DNA from: Chiloscyllium plagiosum
Taxonomy: Eukaryota
Direction: 5' to 3'
Assembly: GCF_004010195.1 (NCBI RefSeq)
Contig: NC_057751.1
Location: 17,533,380 to 17,595,441, forward strand
Length of the DNA: 62,062 nucleotides
Shown: piece after piece, positions 11,540 to 24,558 of the stretch
How the letters are laid out: each line of letters opens with the position of its first letter
How positions within the stretch are numbered: position 1 is the stretch's first letter
The notes under the pieces: model-generated
Database searches by the model: none
Told to the model about the DNA's origin: nothing
Seen by the model: only the letters and a program-made list of their open reading frames with translations
Position numbers and translations under genes: made by a program

Positions 11540-12693
11540 TTTGCCTGCCCTGAAAGAAGCCAATCAAAAAAAGCACAAGGAGATTCTCCGGGTGAAAACT
11601 GAAATACTGTCAGTAAGCACTGTTCTAATCAAGGAACAAGTTAAGACTTTCCAGCGTGTTGATCGATATGCCGACTTAAACATCAATTCTGATTTTCGAG
11701 ATCGGACATTTGTAGTAAATGAACTGCTGTCAAGGGGCTGAGATCATGAGGAGTGCAGAATCATCTCCGGAGAGAAGTGGAAAAAAATCGAATTGACCAG
11801 GCGTTGAAGAGCCACTTTTCCGCAGGAAAATCAAAATATGGAATTTCACTTGTTATGTGTTAAGTCGCAGGGATTGGAAAAATACAATGGTTCTAAAAAA
11901 AAGTTTATTCCTTGGCAATTGTGAAAATATGCCCACGGTTTCAATTTGTTTTCAGCTTGAAATTCCGTGATTTATCGCGGATTAACCCGAGAAATGCAAT
12001 ATGGGTCAGTATCCTCAGTTTCGGGATGTTTTTGGAGGGCACTGGAAGAACCCAGAGCGTTATCTCTTTTTATTCAATGGCTTGGATAAATTCAAGGACA
12101 GGTGTGACTGTGTAGACATTCGGAGAGATACAGAACCTCGGTCTGTCTGCACAAATGCTGAATGGAGGTGTGAAGTGCTGACACTGTGTACAGTTTAATC
12201 CAAAGAAAGCTGCCCTCGGGGTGATAAGTTTTCGTGACCACTGTTTTGCATTTATTGGAAAAGGCTGAGATCAGTGTCTGGGCTGAAAACCTGGAATTTG
12301 TTGATGCTGAGGGGACTGAACAATTCAAGACCTTTTCTTTTGGAGATCTGGAAGCGGAAGCGTCTTTTTTGAAGATATGGTAGAGAAGGAGATATTGGGC
12401 ATCATGCGCTACAATCCTTTGCACAGCTGGAACCAATGTCATTCGTCCCCTTATTCACAAGAAGAGACAGGAAGCAGCAGGCATTTCCCAAGACGAACGC
12501 TAAGATATATCCCAACACATGTTCAACATTCAGGTAAACAATGCCAAGAGGTTGAACAAACGCCTGATGTGCTGAAACTAGATGAGGTTGCATCGGAGCA
12601 GTCTCTGTGAAGAAGCCTGCGTTTAGAAATTTAGTACGATCTGCAATCCTCCCATTTCCTATCTGGGTTCCTAATGGAACTTTTGGAGAGTGA
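11540..12693 (+). pseudogene. NACHT-domain NLR (NLRP3/NLRC3-like) pseudogene, 3' truncated
   Basis: QKKHKEILRVKTE..VDRYADL..ELLSRG*DHEE; Walker A *VAGIGK(fs)TMV at about 11861-11892; FQFVFSLKFRDL; Walker B LFLFNGLDKF; LHLLEKAEISVWAENL; FLSGFLMELLE. Several stops and frameshifts. Confidence 0.92.
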
Positions 12694-14576
12694 CATTTAA
12701 CAGAAACTCCAATGACACCGATGATCATATAACAGACTTTCCAAAATTGGAAGATGCGTTTTTCTTGCGAAATGAGCTGTGCTTTTCTGCTGCAGCAAGT
12801 CTCTCTGCCTTAAAACCCCAGGTGCTACATTCCCAAAGTCTTAGGTTTACACCCTGCAGGCCGATTGCATCATCCTTCATATTGTTTTCTTGAATGTTGA
12901 AGAATCACGTTATGACAGTTAATTCCCTCATGAATTAAAATATTCACTGTGATGAAGTATTGTGACAAACACCTCCTTCTCTCAAAACAAGGCGAGGCTG
13001 ATGACATTGTGATGCTAAACATGATCAAAGGTTGTCAGAAGCACCAATGGAGAAGATCGTGGAACAGCTGCGATTTCTGTTCCTGGATCTCACACTTTTT
13101 TCAGTAATGACTGTCCTCTAGCAATTCGATGCAAAACATTGCATTTTTACTTCAGAGAACGTACTCAGGGCTGTTTGTGCACTGATATACATTGCTGCTC
13201 ACTATAGTAATGAAAGTTGTGGAATGCAATTCCTTCTTAGAACAGGGAAAACATGAATTTATCAGCAGAGTAAATCTCACTCCAAACTGTTCCATATTGA
13301 AACTCCTTGGATATGGAAAGGATTGCGTTAAATTTCCCTCAACTCTTAAAACCGATGATAAATAACCCATTCAGTTTTTCCCTCGTTTGTGCAGTAGTTA
13401 GCTGTGCTGCCTCATAACGCCAGTGCCTTGTGCTGGATTGCAGCGTCGGGCGAATGTCTGTGTGGGGTTTTCACATCCTCACCGTATCTGCATGGGTTTG
13501 CTCCGGTTTCCTCCAACAATCCAAACATGTGTAGGATAGGTGAATTGGGCCTGTTAAATTGCGCATAATATTCATGGAGTTATAGGTTTGGCACATTAAT
13601 CAGGGGTAAATATGGTGGGTGGGTTCCTCTTCGAAGCGACCGTGTGGCCTCGTTTCACCACTGTATAGATTCTATGGATTAGCCATTCTCAGCACAGGGT
13701 CAACACCGAACCAAATGCTGAGTTAAGCTCGGCCAACTGAATCAAGCTGAAACGAAATATTCCTCTACCCTTTTATATTGAAATTAAACCTCGCCTCACA
13801 GTCTTCTCCATCAAATATTCTGACAACAGGAACAGATGAAGATTAAAGATTTCTATACTTTTTTTTAAAAAAATCAAAATAAATCTCTTTCCACGCCGTT
13901 CCTCTGAACGTCTGCAGTTTAGGTACAGGTCCGTGTAAGACTCAGACTACATGTGTCCACACGTTCAAAATAAAGGCAATGCTGCCTCTACACTTGTTGC
14001 CATCAAACATTTCCAGGAAAACTTTACCACAGGATTAGATGCAGAATATCGTGCTCTCTAACCTTTCAAGTGAAAATAAATTTGCATATACAGTGCCCCT
14101 TCAATCAACTCAGGAAAGTAAAACTGCATAAATCACTACTTCACACACAGCAAACTCTGCCAGAACCGATTCAGCACGGTGTTAGCTACAGATCAACACG
14201 AAATCTGATCTTTTAAATGGAAGTGCATCTTCCACACTGAATTGAGCAAACAACTATAAGACAGTTACAATAGAGTGTTAAATACATAGGAAACCTCTCT
14301 GCACAGTCTGCATCTTACATTCCCAGAATCGGAGAAGCAAATGGTAGATAAATCTTAATACCCTCTCAGCACTGTCCCCATCCATCACTCTCAGGAAAGT
14401 TACAACACTGTCATAGTAAATATACCTGTGCAATTTGAAAGATAGCGTAAAGCTCGTTCTGCACTGTCCACACCAAAAAGTGCAACGGCAGAGATAGCAA
14501 GAACGTAGAAACTCCTTAAAGTAAAAATGGGTAATCTGTGCACTGCCACAGTTCGATACAAATTTAGGATTGCCTA
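12694..14576 (+). repeat. Long inverted duplication, arm 1 (runs into gap)
   Basis: Reverse complement of 53219-55114 over its whole length; ORFs 13152-13370 and 54394-54603 cover the same sequence on opposite strands. Confidence 0.95.
13385..13680 (+). mobile_element. Diverged HE1-like SINE (inside inverted duplication)
   Basis: GTTAGCTGTGCTGCCTCATAACGCCAG...GGTTTGCTCCGGTTTCCTCC...GATTCTATG. Confidence 0.8.
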
Positions 14577-15076
14577 NNNNNNNNNNNNNNNNNNNNNNNN
14601 NNNNNNNNNNNNNNNNNNNNNNNNNNNNNNNNNNNNNNNNNNNNNNNNNNNNNNNNNNNNNNNNNNNNNNNNNNNNNNNNNNNNNNNNNNNNNNNNNNNN
14701 NNNNNNNNNNNNNNNNNNNNNNNNNNNNNNNNNNNNNNNNNNNNNNNNNNNNNNNNNNNNNNNNNNNNNNNNNNNNNNNNNNNNNNNNNNNNNNNNNNNN
14801 NNNNNNNNNNNNNNNNNNNNNNNNNNNNNNNNNNNNNNNNNNNNNNNNNNNNNNNNNNNNNNNNNNNNNNNNNNNNNNNNNNNNNNNNNNNNNNNNNNNN
14901 NNNNNNNNNNNNNNNNNNNNNNNNNNNNNNNNNNNNNNNNNNNNNNNNNNNNNNNNNNNNNNNNNNNNNNNNNNNNNNNNNNNNNNNNNNNNNNNNNNNN
15001 NNNNNNNNNNNNNNNNNNNNNNNNNNNNNNNNNNNNNNNNNNNNNNNNNNNNNNNNNNNNNNNNNNNNNNNNNNNN
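14577..15076. other. Assembly gap (500 N)
   Basis: Run of N. Confidence 1.
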
Positions 15077-15319
15077 AGGTACTCCAAACACAGCCTCATC
15101 AATGCTATGCATGACTGACACACAACTTTCTAACTTTGTTATAAATTGTCCTCGTGGTAAGTCAGGACATCCTATTACATTTAATTATTTGCATTCTTTA
15201 AATGCACCCTAACATTTGTGATTCTTGAGGATATACCGATCTCTCGGTATCTTGAATTTCTGCAAACTCTCAGTTTTCAGTGAATATGCTTCATTGTCGT
15301 TAACCTTGAAAATGTGGCA

Positions 15320-15591
15320 TTTTCACATTTTGCCACATTGCACACTGTTTGCTGCAAATATGCCCCCTTTCATTCCCAAAACTATACGATGTGCCTTTCT
15401 CATCTCCGCAGCACAAAAGACTTTCCTATTTAACTTCAATTTATGAGTAAATTTGTTTTCACATTTTGCCACATTGCACACTGTTTGCTGCAAATATGCC
15501 CCCCTTCATTCCCAAAACTATACGATGTGCCTTTCTCATCTCCGCAAAATAAAAGACTTTCCTATTTAACTTCAATTTATGAGTATATTTG
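15320..15591 (+). repeat. Tandem duplication, 2 x 136 bp
   Basis: TTTTCACATTTTGCCACATTG...TTATGAGTA.ATTTG occurs twice head to tail with few mismatches. Confidence 0.95.
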
Positions 15592-16124
15592 GGAACATAT
15601 GTAACTGCGATTTACGTAAGTTACTTGCTCAGATTGGAAGCAGTTGAGGTCCCAGGATAATTTCACACTTCATACTTATGAGTAGAATGCACACTGAGAT
15701 CCAGTTTCTTCCTCGTACCTGTCAGGCAACCTTCTATCACTACCACAGGCTCCCAGTTACGTGAATGTTTATTTTGCGAATATAGTATTTAAAGTAGCAC
15801 TTCACCAAATACCTCTGCAAAACTAAGTACTATAATTCTCTTTGCCCACAACAGTCAGCGTGGAGACCTCCGTGTTACCTCATTCAAAGAACTTCTGAAT
15901 GTGCAGATACAGCACATGTTTGGAATTTGATACATTCGTCACCGGTGCAGTTGGGATTTCAGGCAGTGTCGAATGTTAATTGATGAATTTTGTGGTGACA
16001 TTATTTTATTGTACATTGGGGCATTGTGAGCATTTTTGCTCCACTCTCTCTAGAAATTTGCTCTTGCCCTCGGGAAGCAGAAAGGAGGTGATTAGATCAA
16101 CAACTGAGTACTTCTGAAGAATCC

Positions 16125-16420
16125 CTAATGAATGTGTGTGAGCGAGACTTTTCCTGAACAAATTCTGCTTAGGAGCACTGTCAATGTCCCCGTGCATTTC
16201 TTAATGGTATTTGGGAGTGGACCAATTGGGCCGTTAGAGATCTGTATTGCATTGTCATTCCTGATGTGCGGAGAACATGAATGGGCACTTTTCCACATTG
16301 GAACACAGATACCAATGTTATAATGTGATTGGATCAGCTTCGTGAAGGACATATCAGGTTTTGGAGGAGACGTGTTCAGTATCATTTTCAAAATATTGTG
16401 TGGGGCCATCACCTTTCCAG
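16125..16420 (-). mobile_element. Possible Gypsy gag remnant
   Basis: LNTSPPKPDMSFTKLIQSHYN resembles the L.SP.KP...F..L....HY motif of Gypsy gag N-termini; otherwise decayed. Confidence 0.35.
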
Positions 16421-16804
16421 TAACGTTTTCTTAATTGTATGACTGTCGCTTTATCCAGACTCCATGTGGAGTGAAGAGAATTGACGACGTACTGGTATGA
16501 AATGTTGAGGACCTTTGAAGTAGTCTTTATATTAAGTCTTCATCCATTTACACTGCTTGTGGATTGTCCATAACAGCTGATTTATGTGTTTATCATTTAA
16601 CAAGCATTGTATTGTATTTGAGGCATCAAAGTAAAACAAAACGGTTGAATAAATTTCTTGAACATTTGTGACTAACTTTCTTGGCGAAGTAACTTGAATT
16701 TCTCACTGGCAGATTGATGTCTGTAAAAATATAAGTTAGCTTCCATTGCCTCAACCATGAATCAGTCCTTTGGATGGTTCAGAATTTTCCCAATGTCACA
16801 GAAG

Positions 16805-16873
16805 ATGTACAACCAGTGATTGTACTCATAATATAACTTTACAATCCGATACTGGCAGTCATCAGTGTGCCAG
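16805..16873 (+). pseudogene. Decayed exon 1 of GPR139-like GPCR pseudogene
   Basis: QPVIVLII*LYNPILAVISVP, homologous to IYYPILAIVAVT of the intact gene; ends in phase 1 but the donor reads GG not GT. Confidence 0.75.
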
Positions 16874-17461
16874 GGGCTAACTTATATACTTACAGTTGCC
16901 TGTTGATTTGTGTTAAATACGTTCCTACTTACTAACTTGATTTCAAGAACAATGTAAAATATGTATACTAATTCGGAGAAAATGGCATTTACAAAACAAA
17001 TGGTAGTGCTGTGAATTCTCTACAGTTTTGGGAACACTGGTTAAGACAGAATCAGGGTGAATACTTCAGGTCCAGTGACCCCTCCAGCGATTTCTGTTTT
17101 GACATATGATGTCCAACATGCGCCATTCTTCGTTTTATTGAGGCAGTTAACTTGTTGGTCGGTTTTAATCGTTTTAGATGGCCAACAATTATTTTAACAT
17201 TACTCACAATCTAATAACGTTAATTATATTTTGCGACTACCAGATGACTGCTCGATTCTTTCTTGGAGATTGAAGAATCCAACAGATCATGACCATGTAT
17301 CAGTAGGCTTCCAAGGCAACTGGTATAATACAAGTCATATTCTTACATGACACTTTATTCATCATCTTATTGGAAGCGGGAAACTGTGTTGTATATTGAT
17401 AACAAAGTCTTCCTTTTGTAAGTAATCGAATAGTATTCACCTCTTTTTAACTTTTTTGCAG

Positions 17462-18414
17462 CCAACTTGGTGACAATTATGATTCTTGAATGAGGAAACT
17501 GCGGATTTTCCAACTGTTTTTCTGGCTAGATGGTGGCCATGGCTGCAGCAGATCTACTGGTCATGCTGAATAATGTATGAGTATACCACATTTTCAGTTA
17601 GCAATTCCCAACATCATTGCTATCAATGACCTCCGTTTGTAAGTTCACGATATACATGACTGTTGTGACGCTTGAATGTTCTGTTTGGTTCATCATTTCC
17701 TTCACTTTCGGCCGGTTTGTAGTGATCTGCTACAGGAAGTTTAAGACAAAATGCTGCACTGTACTAATGACGGCTATTATTGTTACAACTCTCGCTGTTC
17801 TTACCTTTTAAAAATACATCCCAATTACGTTTGCGTTTGATCATCAGGTAATAATTAACAAAATATTTTGAGGTTGCCAAGCAAGAACACAATTCTTCTC
17901 AGATTTTGGGGAAGCCTTCTCCTGGTTTCACAGTGCCTCCCTCGTTTGGCTCCCTTTTATTTTGATTACTACATTTAGCTCTCTAACCATCAGTCGGATT
18001 ATGCTGAGCAGTCGAACCGGGGAACGCGTCCATAGTCAGAGGAATGAGAAACAATTATACTGAGGTGCAGAGCCGAAATAAATCTGTCATCTTACTGTTC
18101 GCTATTTCTGCAGTTTTATATTGCTGTGGCTGAATCATATTGTGACTTCTTTAACGACAAAACTGACAAATACTACTTACTACCAAGATGACCACACGCA
18201 CAGAAGATACTTTACCACTGACACTGTAAATTTCCTGAGTTGTTTGAGGTCGTCTGTAAACATTTGGATTTATGCATCAACCTAGAGAAAATTTCGAGAA
18301 CAGATCATAAATGCATTTGTCTCTCCCTGGACCCTCATGGTGATGTTTAATAAAAAGCATGGACAAAAGGAAACAAGAACACTGAAAGTTTTCTCGAACC
18401 AGAACAAAAATTGA
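17462..18414 (+). pseudogene. GPR139/GPR142-like GPCR pseudogene, exon 2
   Basis: Acceptor TTTTTTGCAG; NLVTIMILE*GNCGFS..MVAMAAADLLV..VCKF..CSVWFIISFTFGRFVVIC..SVILLFAIS..VNIWIYAST*RKFRE; at least 7 in-frame stops plus frameshifts. Confidence 0.95.
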
Positions 18415-19177
18415 ACACATTCTTATTGCACAATTGCTTCTTCTTTTGTGCGATGAAAATTGAATATTACCTTGCCATCATTTCTTCCAATCTGTGGCAA
18501 TGTGTGGTTGCATTCCTTTTATGCATGTTTCTTCCAGTGAATTGACAGAGCTGTGAAGCACATCGCCATCTGACAGAAAATGCCATCAAATCAATCTGAG
18601 GTGGGTGCACACTGTGGTGGCGTCACGCAAACAATGGTCATGGGGAAAGACACAGTGTAGCAGATACGAAGGAAATGCCAAGAATGAAGAAGCAATTACT
18701 TTTTTTATAGAACTGCACTTCAATGACTAAGTCGAATATTGGAAGTGATGATATTTGTAATAGCAAATACGCAAAGCACAGCTTAATGTATCTTTTTCTG
18801 CCGGACATTGTGGAAGGTTTGTGGATTGCGGGATGATGTTCTGGTTTGCTGATCCGATTGGGTTTCCCAGAAGAAAGGAATTTGGCAAAATTAAATCCAA
18901 TCTTGCACGAGTTTTGCTGTCACTTAATTTGAGATTCTAAAATGCAAACGTTCAGGTACTGGAAACCGATGAACATTTACCCTGCTTCATTTTCCCGACA
19001 GAATCACAGGCTTGGGACAGCACAGACAGATGTAATTTGCAACATTGTATCTGCATGGGCTGATCAAAAGACTAATATTGTGGAGTGCTAATTTCCCACT
19101 TTGCCCCAACAGAGAGCTTCACAATATTGACTAGTTTCATTCACTTTCAAATGATCCTTTATTCAATGACTCGTACA

Positions 19178-19749
19178 NNNNNNNNNNNNNNNNNNNNNNN
19201 NNNNNNNNNNNNNNNNNNNNNNNNNNNNNNNNNNNNNNNNNNNNNNNNNNNNNNNNNNNNNNNNNNNNNNNNNNNNNNNNNNNNNNNNNNNNNNNNNNNN
19301 NNNNNNNNNNNNNNNNNNNNNNNNNNNNNNNNNNNNNNNNNNNNNNNNNNNNNNNNNNNNNNNNNNNNNNNNNNNNNNNNNNNNNNNNNNNNNNNNNNNN
19401 NNNNNNNNNNNNNNNNNNNNNNNNNNNNNNNNNNNNNNNNNNNNNNNNNNNNNNNNNNNNNNNNNNNNNNNNNNNNNNNNNNNNNNNNNNNNNNNNNNNN
19501 NNNNNNNNNNNNNNNNNNNNNNNNNNNNNNNNNNNNNNNNNNNNNNNNNNNNNNNNNNNNNNNNNNNNNNNNNNNNNNNNNNNNNNNNNNNNNNNNNNNN
19601 NNNNNNNNNNNNNNNNNNNNNNNNNNNNNNNNNNNNNNNNNNNNNNNNNNNNNNNNNNNNNNNNNNNNNNNNNNNNNNNNNNNNNNNNNNNNNNNNNNNN
19701 NNNNNNNNNNNNNNNNNNNNNNNNNNNNNNNNNNNNNNNNNNNNNNNNN
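19178..19749. other. Assembly gap
   Basis: Run of N. Confidence 1.
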
Positions 19750-19875
19750 TCACAGTTCAGAGGCACTGGGCACATAATCGAGTTGCACAGATGTGTATAA
19801 ATCAGACACCTACAGTGAATATTGCATAAAATAAATGCATAATTGATTGTTGCTCATGTAATTTTCCCGTCATTC

Positions 19876-20777
19876 TCAACGTTTAATCCATTTTAAAAGT
19901 GGAGTAAAGGGATAGTTCACCATATTCATCAACTGCTCTCTGAACTTAGGATGCGTGATGACATAAATTGCAGTGTTTGTGCAGCAACTCAGCACCTGGA
20001 GCATGTATCCCAGTTCCATTACGCAAAGAGGGAGAGCATGGAATTGATCTCCCATAATTGACATTCTCCAATTTATGGAAAACACCATTGATACTGCCCA
20101 TAAGAGTAGAAAATTGCCTGAGATAAGAAATAATAAAATGATGGAATTCCTTCGACTCTTCAGCTCTTGGCCTCTGGTGCTCTTCCTATTGCTTTGATGT
20201 TGGAATCTCTTGCGGACTTTGCTGGTCACTACAATGTGTCTGACCGTTATAAAATTGAAAAGCAGAATAAGAATAAAGGCAACTCCCGGGGTTAGTATGT
20301 AATGAAAGAACTCAATTGCCCCCCACACCAGCGAGAACTTGACAGCTCTTGTTACCCAACAAAACCAGGGTCTGTTCCTCAGATAATATTGACGTTTGAA
20401 CATAAAATACCAGAAAATATTCTTTAAACCGCTCAATCCAATCACCATTCCCAGAACCACAGCCGTTGTTTTTGCATTGCAGTACTTACTTTTCAGTATT
20501 GGGCAACAAATCGCCACAAAACGATCAAAAGTGAAAGTGACGGTGAACCAGACAGAACAGTCAGTGGCTGCATAAATCAGGACAGCGTGGATATTACACA
20601 CAGGAATGCCTTCTAAGAAATGATGCTCGTCCATATAGACAAATGGAATGTGTCGCAATATGAGATCAACAATAATAACCAGGAGATCTGCTATTGCCAT
20701 GGCCATCAGGTAGCGAGTGACACATTTGGAGAGACCACACTTTTCCCGGGACAAGACCACAACTGTTACTACATTAG
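19876..20777 (-). CDS. GPR139/GPR142-like class A GPCR, exon 2 (end of TM1 to C-terminus)
   Basis: Open frame with hydrophobic helices, MAIADLLV (TM2), C..VWFTVTFTFDRFVAIC (TM3, DRF), CCTNTAIY (TM7), KFREQL (helix 8); acceptor TTTTTGCTTTCCTCACAG at 20795-20778. Confidence 0.93.
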
Positions 20778-21269
20778 CTGTGAGGAAAGCAAAAATTAAG
20801 TTATGGTTTCTGTTTGGAAGAATACCAGTTTTCATGAGCACTATATGAGATGTTAAATATCACTCTGTATCCATTACTATAGCAAGAGATTATGCCAATG
20901 CTGAGGTTATTTGTTGGGTCCAACTATTGGCATTCCATAAATTGAGCATTGAATAGAAATTTAACATGTTATACTCATTGCTGTTTGCTGAAATATTTCT
21001 TATTGTTTCAATTATTTTTTCACCATAACATAAATGAAAGAAACTCAACTTGATTTCAGGAACGCTGTACTGAGATTATTCACTGTGAATTTGATTAGTT
21101 TAGCAAAATAGAATCAAAGCATCCCTACACATGTGGAGCATGTGATTTATCTCAAACAAGTCCACATCAACACGTCGAACATTATCTCACACAGACCCAT
21201 TTCCCATCCTCTAAAACGACATTTCGCACATCAATGCATCTCTGAACACGACGAACAGCCTCTCCTTAA

Positions 21270-21560
21270 AGCTCAAAGCCTCCAACCCGAGCAGTATGCT
21301 TGTAAATCGTTTCTGAACCTTTTCAAATGTCACAACATCCTTCCAAAAGGAAGGAGACCTGAGATGTAAGCAACATTCCAAAAGTGACCTAACCAACGTC
21401 TTGGACAGCCGCAACATGACTCCAAAGTTTATACTCGGTACTCTGACTAAGAAATGAAATTATACCCAACGCCTTCTTCACTCTCTGATCTAATTGCGAC
21501 TCTACTTTCAAGGAGTTATGAATATTCAAACCAACGTCTCTTTATTCAGCAACTCTCCCT
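21270..21560 (-). mobile_element. CR1-type LINE fragment (intronic)
   Basis: KTLVRSLLECC...KDVVTFEKVQKRFTSIL.GLEALSFKERL. Confidence 0.85.
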
Positions 21561-21569
21561 CTGAACCTA

Positions 21570-23235
21570 AGTAGGCCGAAGTGCAGACTGCAGCTGCTGG
21601 GGATTAGAGTCAAGATTAAAGCAGAGAGGGCAGGCAGTGTCAGAGGAGCAGGAAAATCGACGTTTTGGACAGGAGCCCTTCATCAAGAATGACGACGGAA
21701 GTCTCGGTGGTGGAGAGATAAATGGGAGGACGAGGCGCTGGGGCGGAGATAATTGAGAGTGCAATAGGTCGATTGAGACAGTGGTAAAGGTCGGAGGTGA
21801 GGGTGGGCCACATGGATGGGAAGGAAGGTTAACAGGTGGGACAGATCATGAGGATGGTGCTGAGCTGGAAGTTTGGAACTGGTGTAAGGTGGGGGAGGGG
21901 AAATGATTTGATGCCCTGGAGTTGAAAGGTTCTGAGGTTGAAGATGAGGCGTTCTTCCTCCAGGTGTCAGGTGGTGAGGGAGTGGCGGTGGAGGAGAACT
22001 AGAACCTGCATGTCCTCGTCAGAGTGGGAGGGGGGGTACAAATGTTCGGCCACTGGTCGGTGGAGTTGATTGATAAGGGTGTCCCGGAGATGTTCCTGAA
22101 GCACTTTGCTAGAAGGCGTCCAGTCTCCCCAATGGAAAGAAGACTGCATCGGGGGGAATGGATGCAATAAATGACATTTGTGGATGTGCAGGTGAAACTT
22201 TGATGAATGTGGAAGACTCCTTTGCAGCCTTGGCTGAAGGTGGAGGGGGAGGTGTGACACAGATTTTGCAACTACGGCGGTGGCCGTGGAAGTTGCCAGG
22301 AGGGGAGGGTGGCTTGTTGTGGGGCGTCGACCTTACCAGGTAGTCATGGAGGAAACGGTATTTGCGGAAAGCGGATGGGGTGGGGAGGGAAATATATTTC
22401 TGGTCGTGGGGTCAATTTTTAGGTGGTGGAAATGTCAGTGGATGATGCAGTTTACGCAGACATTGGTAGGGTGGTTGTTGAGGACCAGGGGATTCTGTCT
22501 TTGTTGCGGTTGGAGCATTGGGGTTTGAGTGCGGAGATGTGGGACGTGGATGTGATGCGTTGGAGGGCATCTTCAACCACGTGGAAGTGAAATTGCAGTA
22601 TTGAAGGAAGGAGGACATCTGATGCATTTTGTGGCGGAACTAGTCCTCCTGGGAGGAATAGGGAATACGGGATAACACTTTTGCAGGAGGTAGAGTGGGT
22701 GGAGGTGTAATCCAGGTAGCTGTGGTAGTCCATGTGTTTGTAAAAATATCTCGGTGTTGAGTCGGTCGTCATTGAAGAAGATGGAAAGGTCCTGGAAGGG
22801 GAGGGAGGTGTCAGAAACGATCCAATTCTGTCTTTGTTGCGATTGGAGCATTGGGGATTGAGTGCGGAGATGTGGGACGTGGATGTGATGCGTTGGAGGG
22901 CATCTTCAACCACGTGGAAGTGAAATTGCAGTCTTGAAGGAAGGAGGACATCTGATGCATTTTGTGGTGGAACTAGTCCTCCTGGGAGGAATAGGCAATA
23001 CGGGATAGCACTTTTGCAGGAGGTAGAGTGGGTGGTAGCTGTGGTAGTCCATGTGTTTGTAAAAATATCTCGGTGTTGAGTCGGTCGTCATTGAAGGAGA
23101 TGGAAAGGTCCTGGAAGGGGAGGGAAGTGTCAGAAACGATCCAACTAAATTTCAGGTCGGGGTGGAATATGCTGGTAAAAATGATAAACTGCTTAACCTC
23201 CTCATGGAAGCATGAGATGGCGCTGATGCAGTCAT
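21570..23235 (-). mobile_element. Penelope-like element (RT thumb, Cys-rich GIY-YIG, pLTR), decayed, with internal tandem duplication
   Basis: FTCTSTNVIYCIHSPRCSLLSIGETGR; YKHMDYHSYLDYTS.H..SCK..IPYS; degenerate hammerhead at 21655-21690. Confidence 0.88.
22492..23144. repeat. Tandem duplication inside Penelope element (22492-22824 and 22825-23144)
   Basis: ATTCTGTCTTTGTTGC...CAGAAACGATCCA repeated; second copy has a deletion of about 14 bp. Confidence 0.92.
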
Positions 23236-23249
23236 CATTGTAGCGGAAG

Positions 23250-24410
23250 TGTATAGGTCCTACTCTGACATGCTATTCCTAAAAGCAGAACCTCAGATTT
23301 ATATAAATTAAAGTCCATCTGCCACTCTTCAGCCCATTGGATCTGATTAAGATCCCATTGTAATCTGAGGTAACCATCTTCGCAGTCCACTACACCTCCA
23401 ATTTTAGTGTCATCTGCAAATTTACTAATTACACCTCCTATGTTCACATCCAAATCATTTATATGAATGAGGAAACGTAGTGGAGGAATGAGGAAACCAA
23501 GCACTGAGCCTTGTGACACTTCATTGGTCACAGACCTTTTTTCTGAAAAGCAACCCTCCACAACCATACTCTGTTTTCTAATTTCGAGCCGAATTCTGTA
23601 TCCAAATCGCTGTTTCCCCTTGTATTATGCCATATAACCATGATAAGCAGTCTCCCATGCGGAGCTATAACGAAAACTTGACTGAAGTCAAATTTAGATC
23701 ACGTCCACATCTGTAACGTCATCAATCCTTTTTGTTATTCGTTCAAAAAAGTCAGGCAATTTCGTCAAACATGATTTCCTTCACACAAAGTCAGATTGAC
23801 GATACCGAATCAGTTCTAACTCTTCCAAATCCAGTTCTGATTCTCAGGATTCCTTCCAACAACCTGCCCACTACCGAGGTCAGGCTCAGCGGTCTATTGT
23901 TTCATGCAATGTCCATACCATCTTTCATCGGTAGTGGTACCAATTAACCAACCTCACCTGTGACGATCAATAATACTACATCTCAGCATGGGGCCCAGTG
24001 ACCACTTCCCTAGCTCCCAACAGAGTTATAGTGTACACATAATCACGTCCTGGGGATGTATCCACCTTTATGCGTTTCAAGACGTCCAGCACCTCTTCCT
24101 TGAAATATGAACATTTCGCAAGATGTCAGCACCTGTTTGCCCATATGCTATATCTTTCATGTTCTTCTCCATAGTAAGCACTGAGGCGCAATACTCGTCT
24201 AGTAGACCCCCTCCCCAGCCATCTTCGATAGCTCCACAGAAAGGCTATCTTGCTTATCTTGCAGGAGCTCGATTCGGTCCAAAGTTATCTCTTCATTCAT
24301 GGTGTGTTTGTACAAAATCCTTTCAATTCTTTTCTAACTCTGTTTATCAAGGTTATTTCATGACCCTTTTTGCACTCCTGCATTCTATCTCAAGTACACT
24401 CCTATTACAT
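23250..24410 (-). mobile_element. CR1-type LINE RT remnant
   Basis: VSQGSVLG...IHINDLD...ISKFADDTKIGGVVD. Confidence 0.88.
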
Positions 24411-24416
24411 TTATGA

Positions 24417-24558
24417 ATGTGGGAAGAAACTCGAGCTTCCGGATGGATGCCATGCAGACAAAGACAGTATGCACAAACGCCATGCAGAGAGTCGCACGCG
24501 GCTGGAATCGAGCCCCCGTCCTAGGGGCTATGAGGAAGCAGTGCTAACCACTGAGCCA
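24417..24558 (-). mobile_element. HE1-like SINE 5' fragment
   Basis: Reverse complement GGCTCAGTGGTTAGCACTGC...GGCTCGATTCC (A/B boxes). Confidence 0.75.

Noticed and set aside
14278..15123. Long ORFs spanning N runs (also 19085-19777 and 43571-45085)
   Set aside because: Artefacts of assembly gaps translated as X
20778..20841. N-terminal MLMKTGILPNRNHNLIFAFLT of the 321-aa ORF
   Set aside because: Read-through of the intron pyrimidine tract and acceptor; TM1 is completed by the exon at 26975-27191
21655..21690. Functional hammerhead in the intronic Penelope pLTR
   Set aside because: Core mutated (UUGAUGA, and AAAAC in place of GAAAC); recorded only as a remnant
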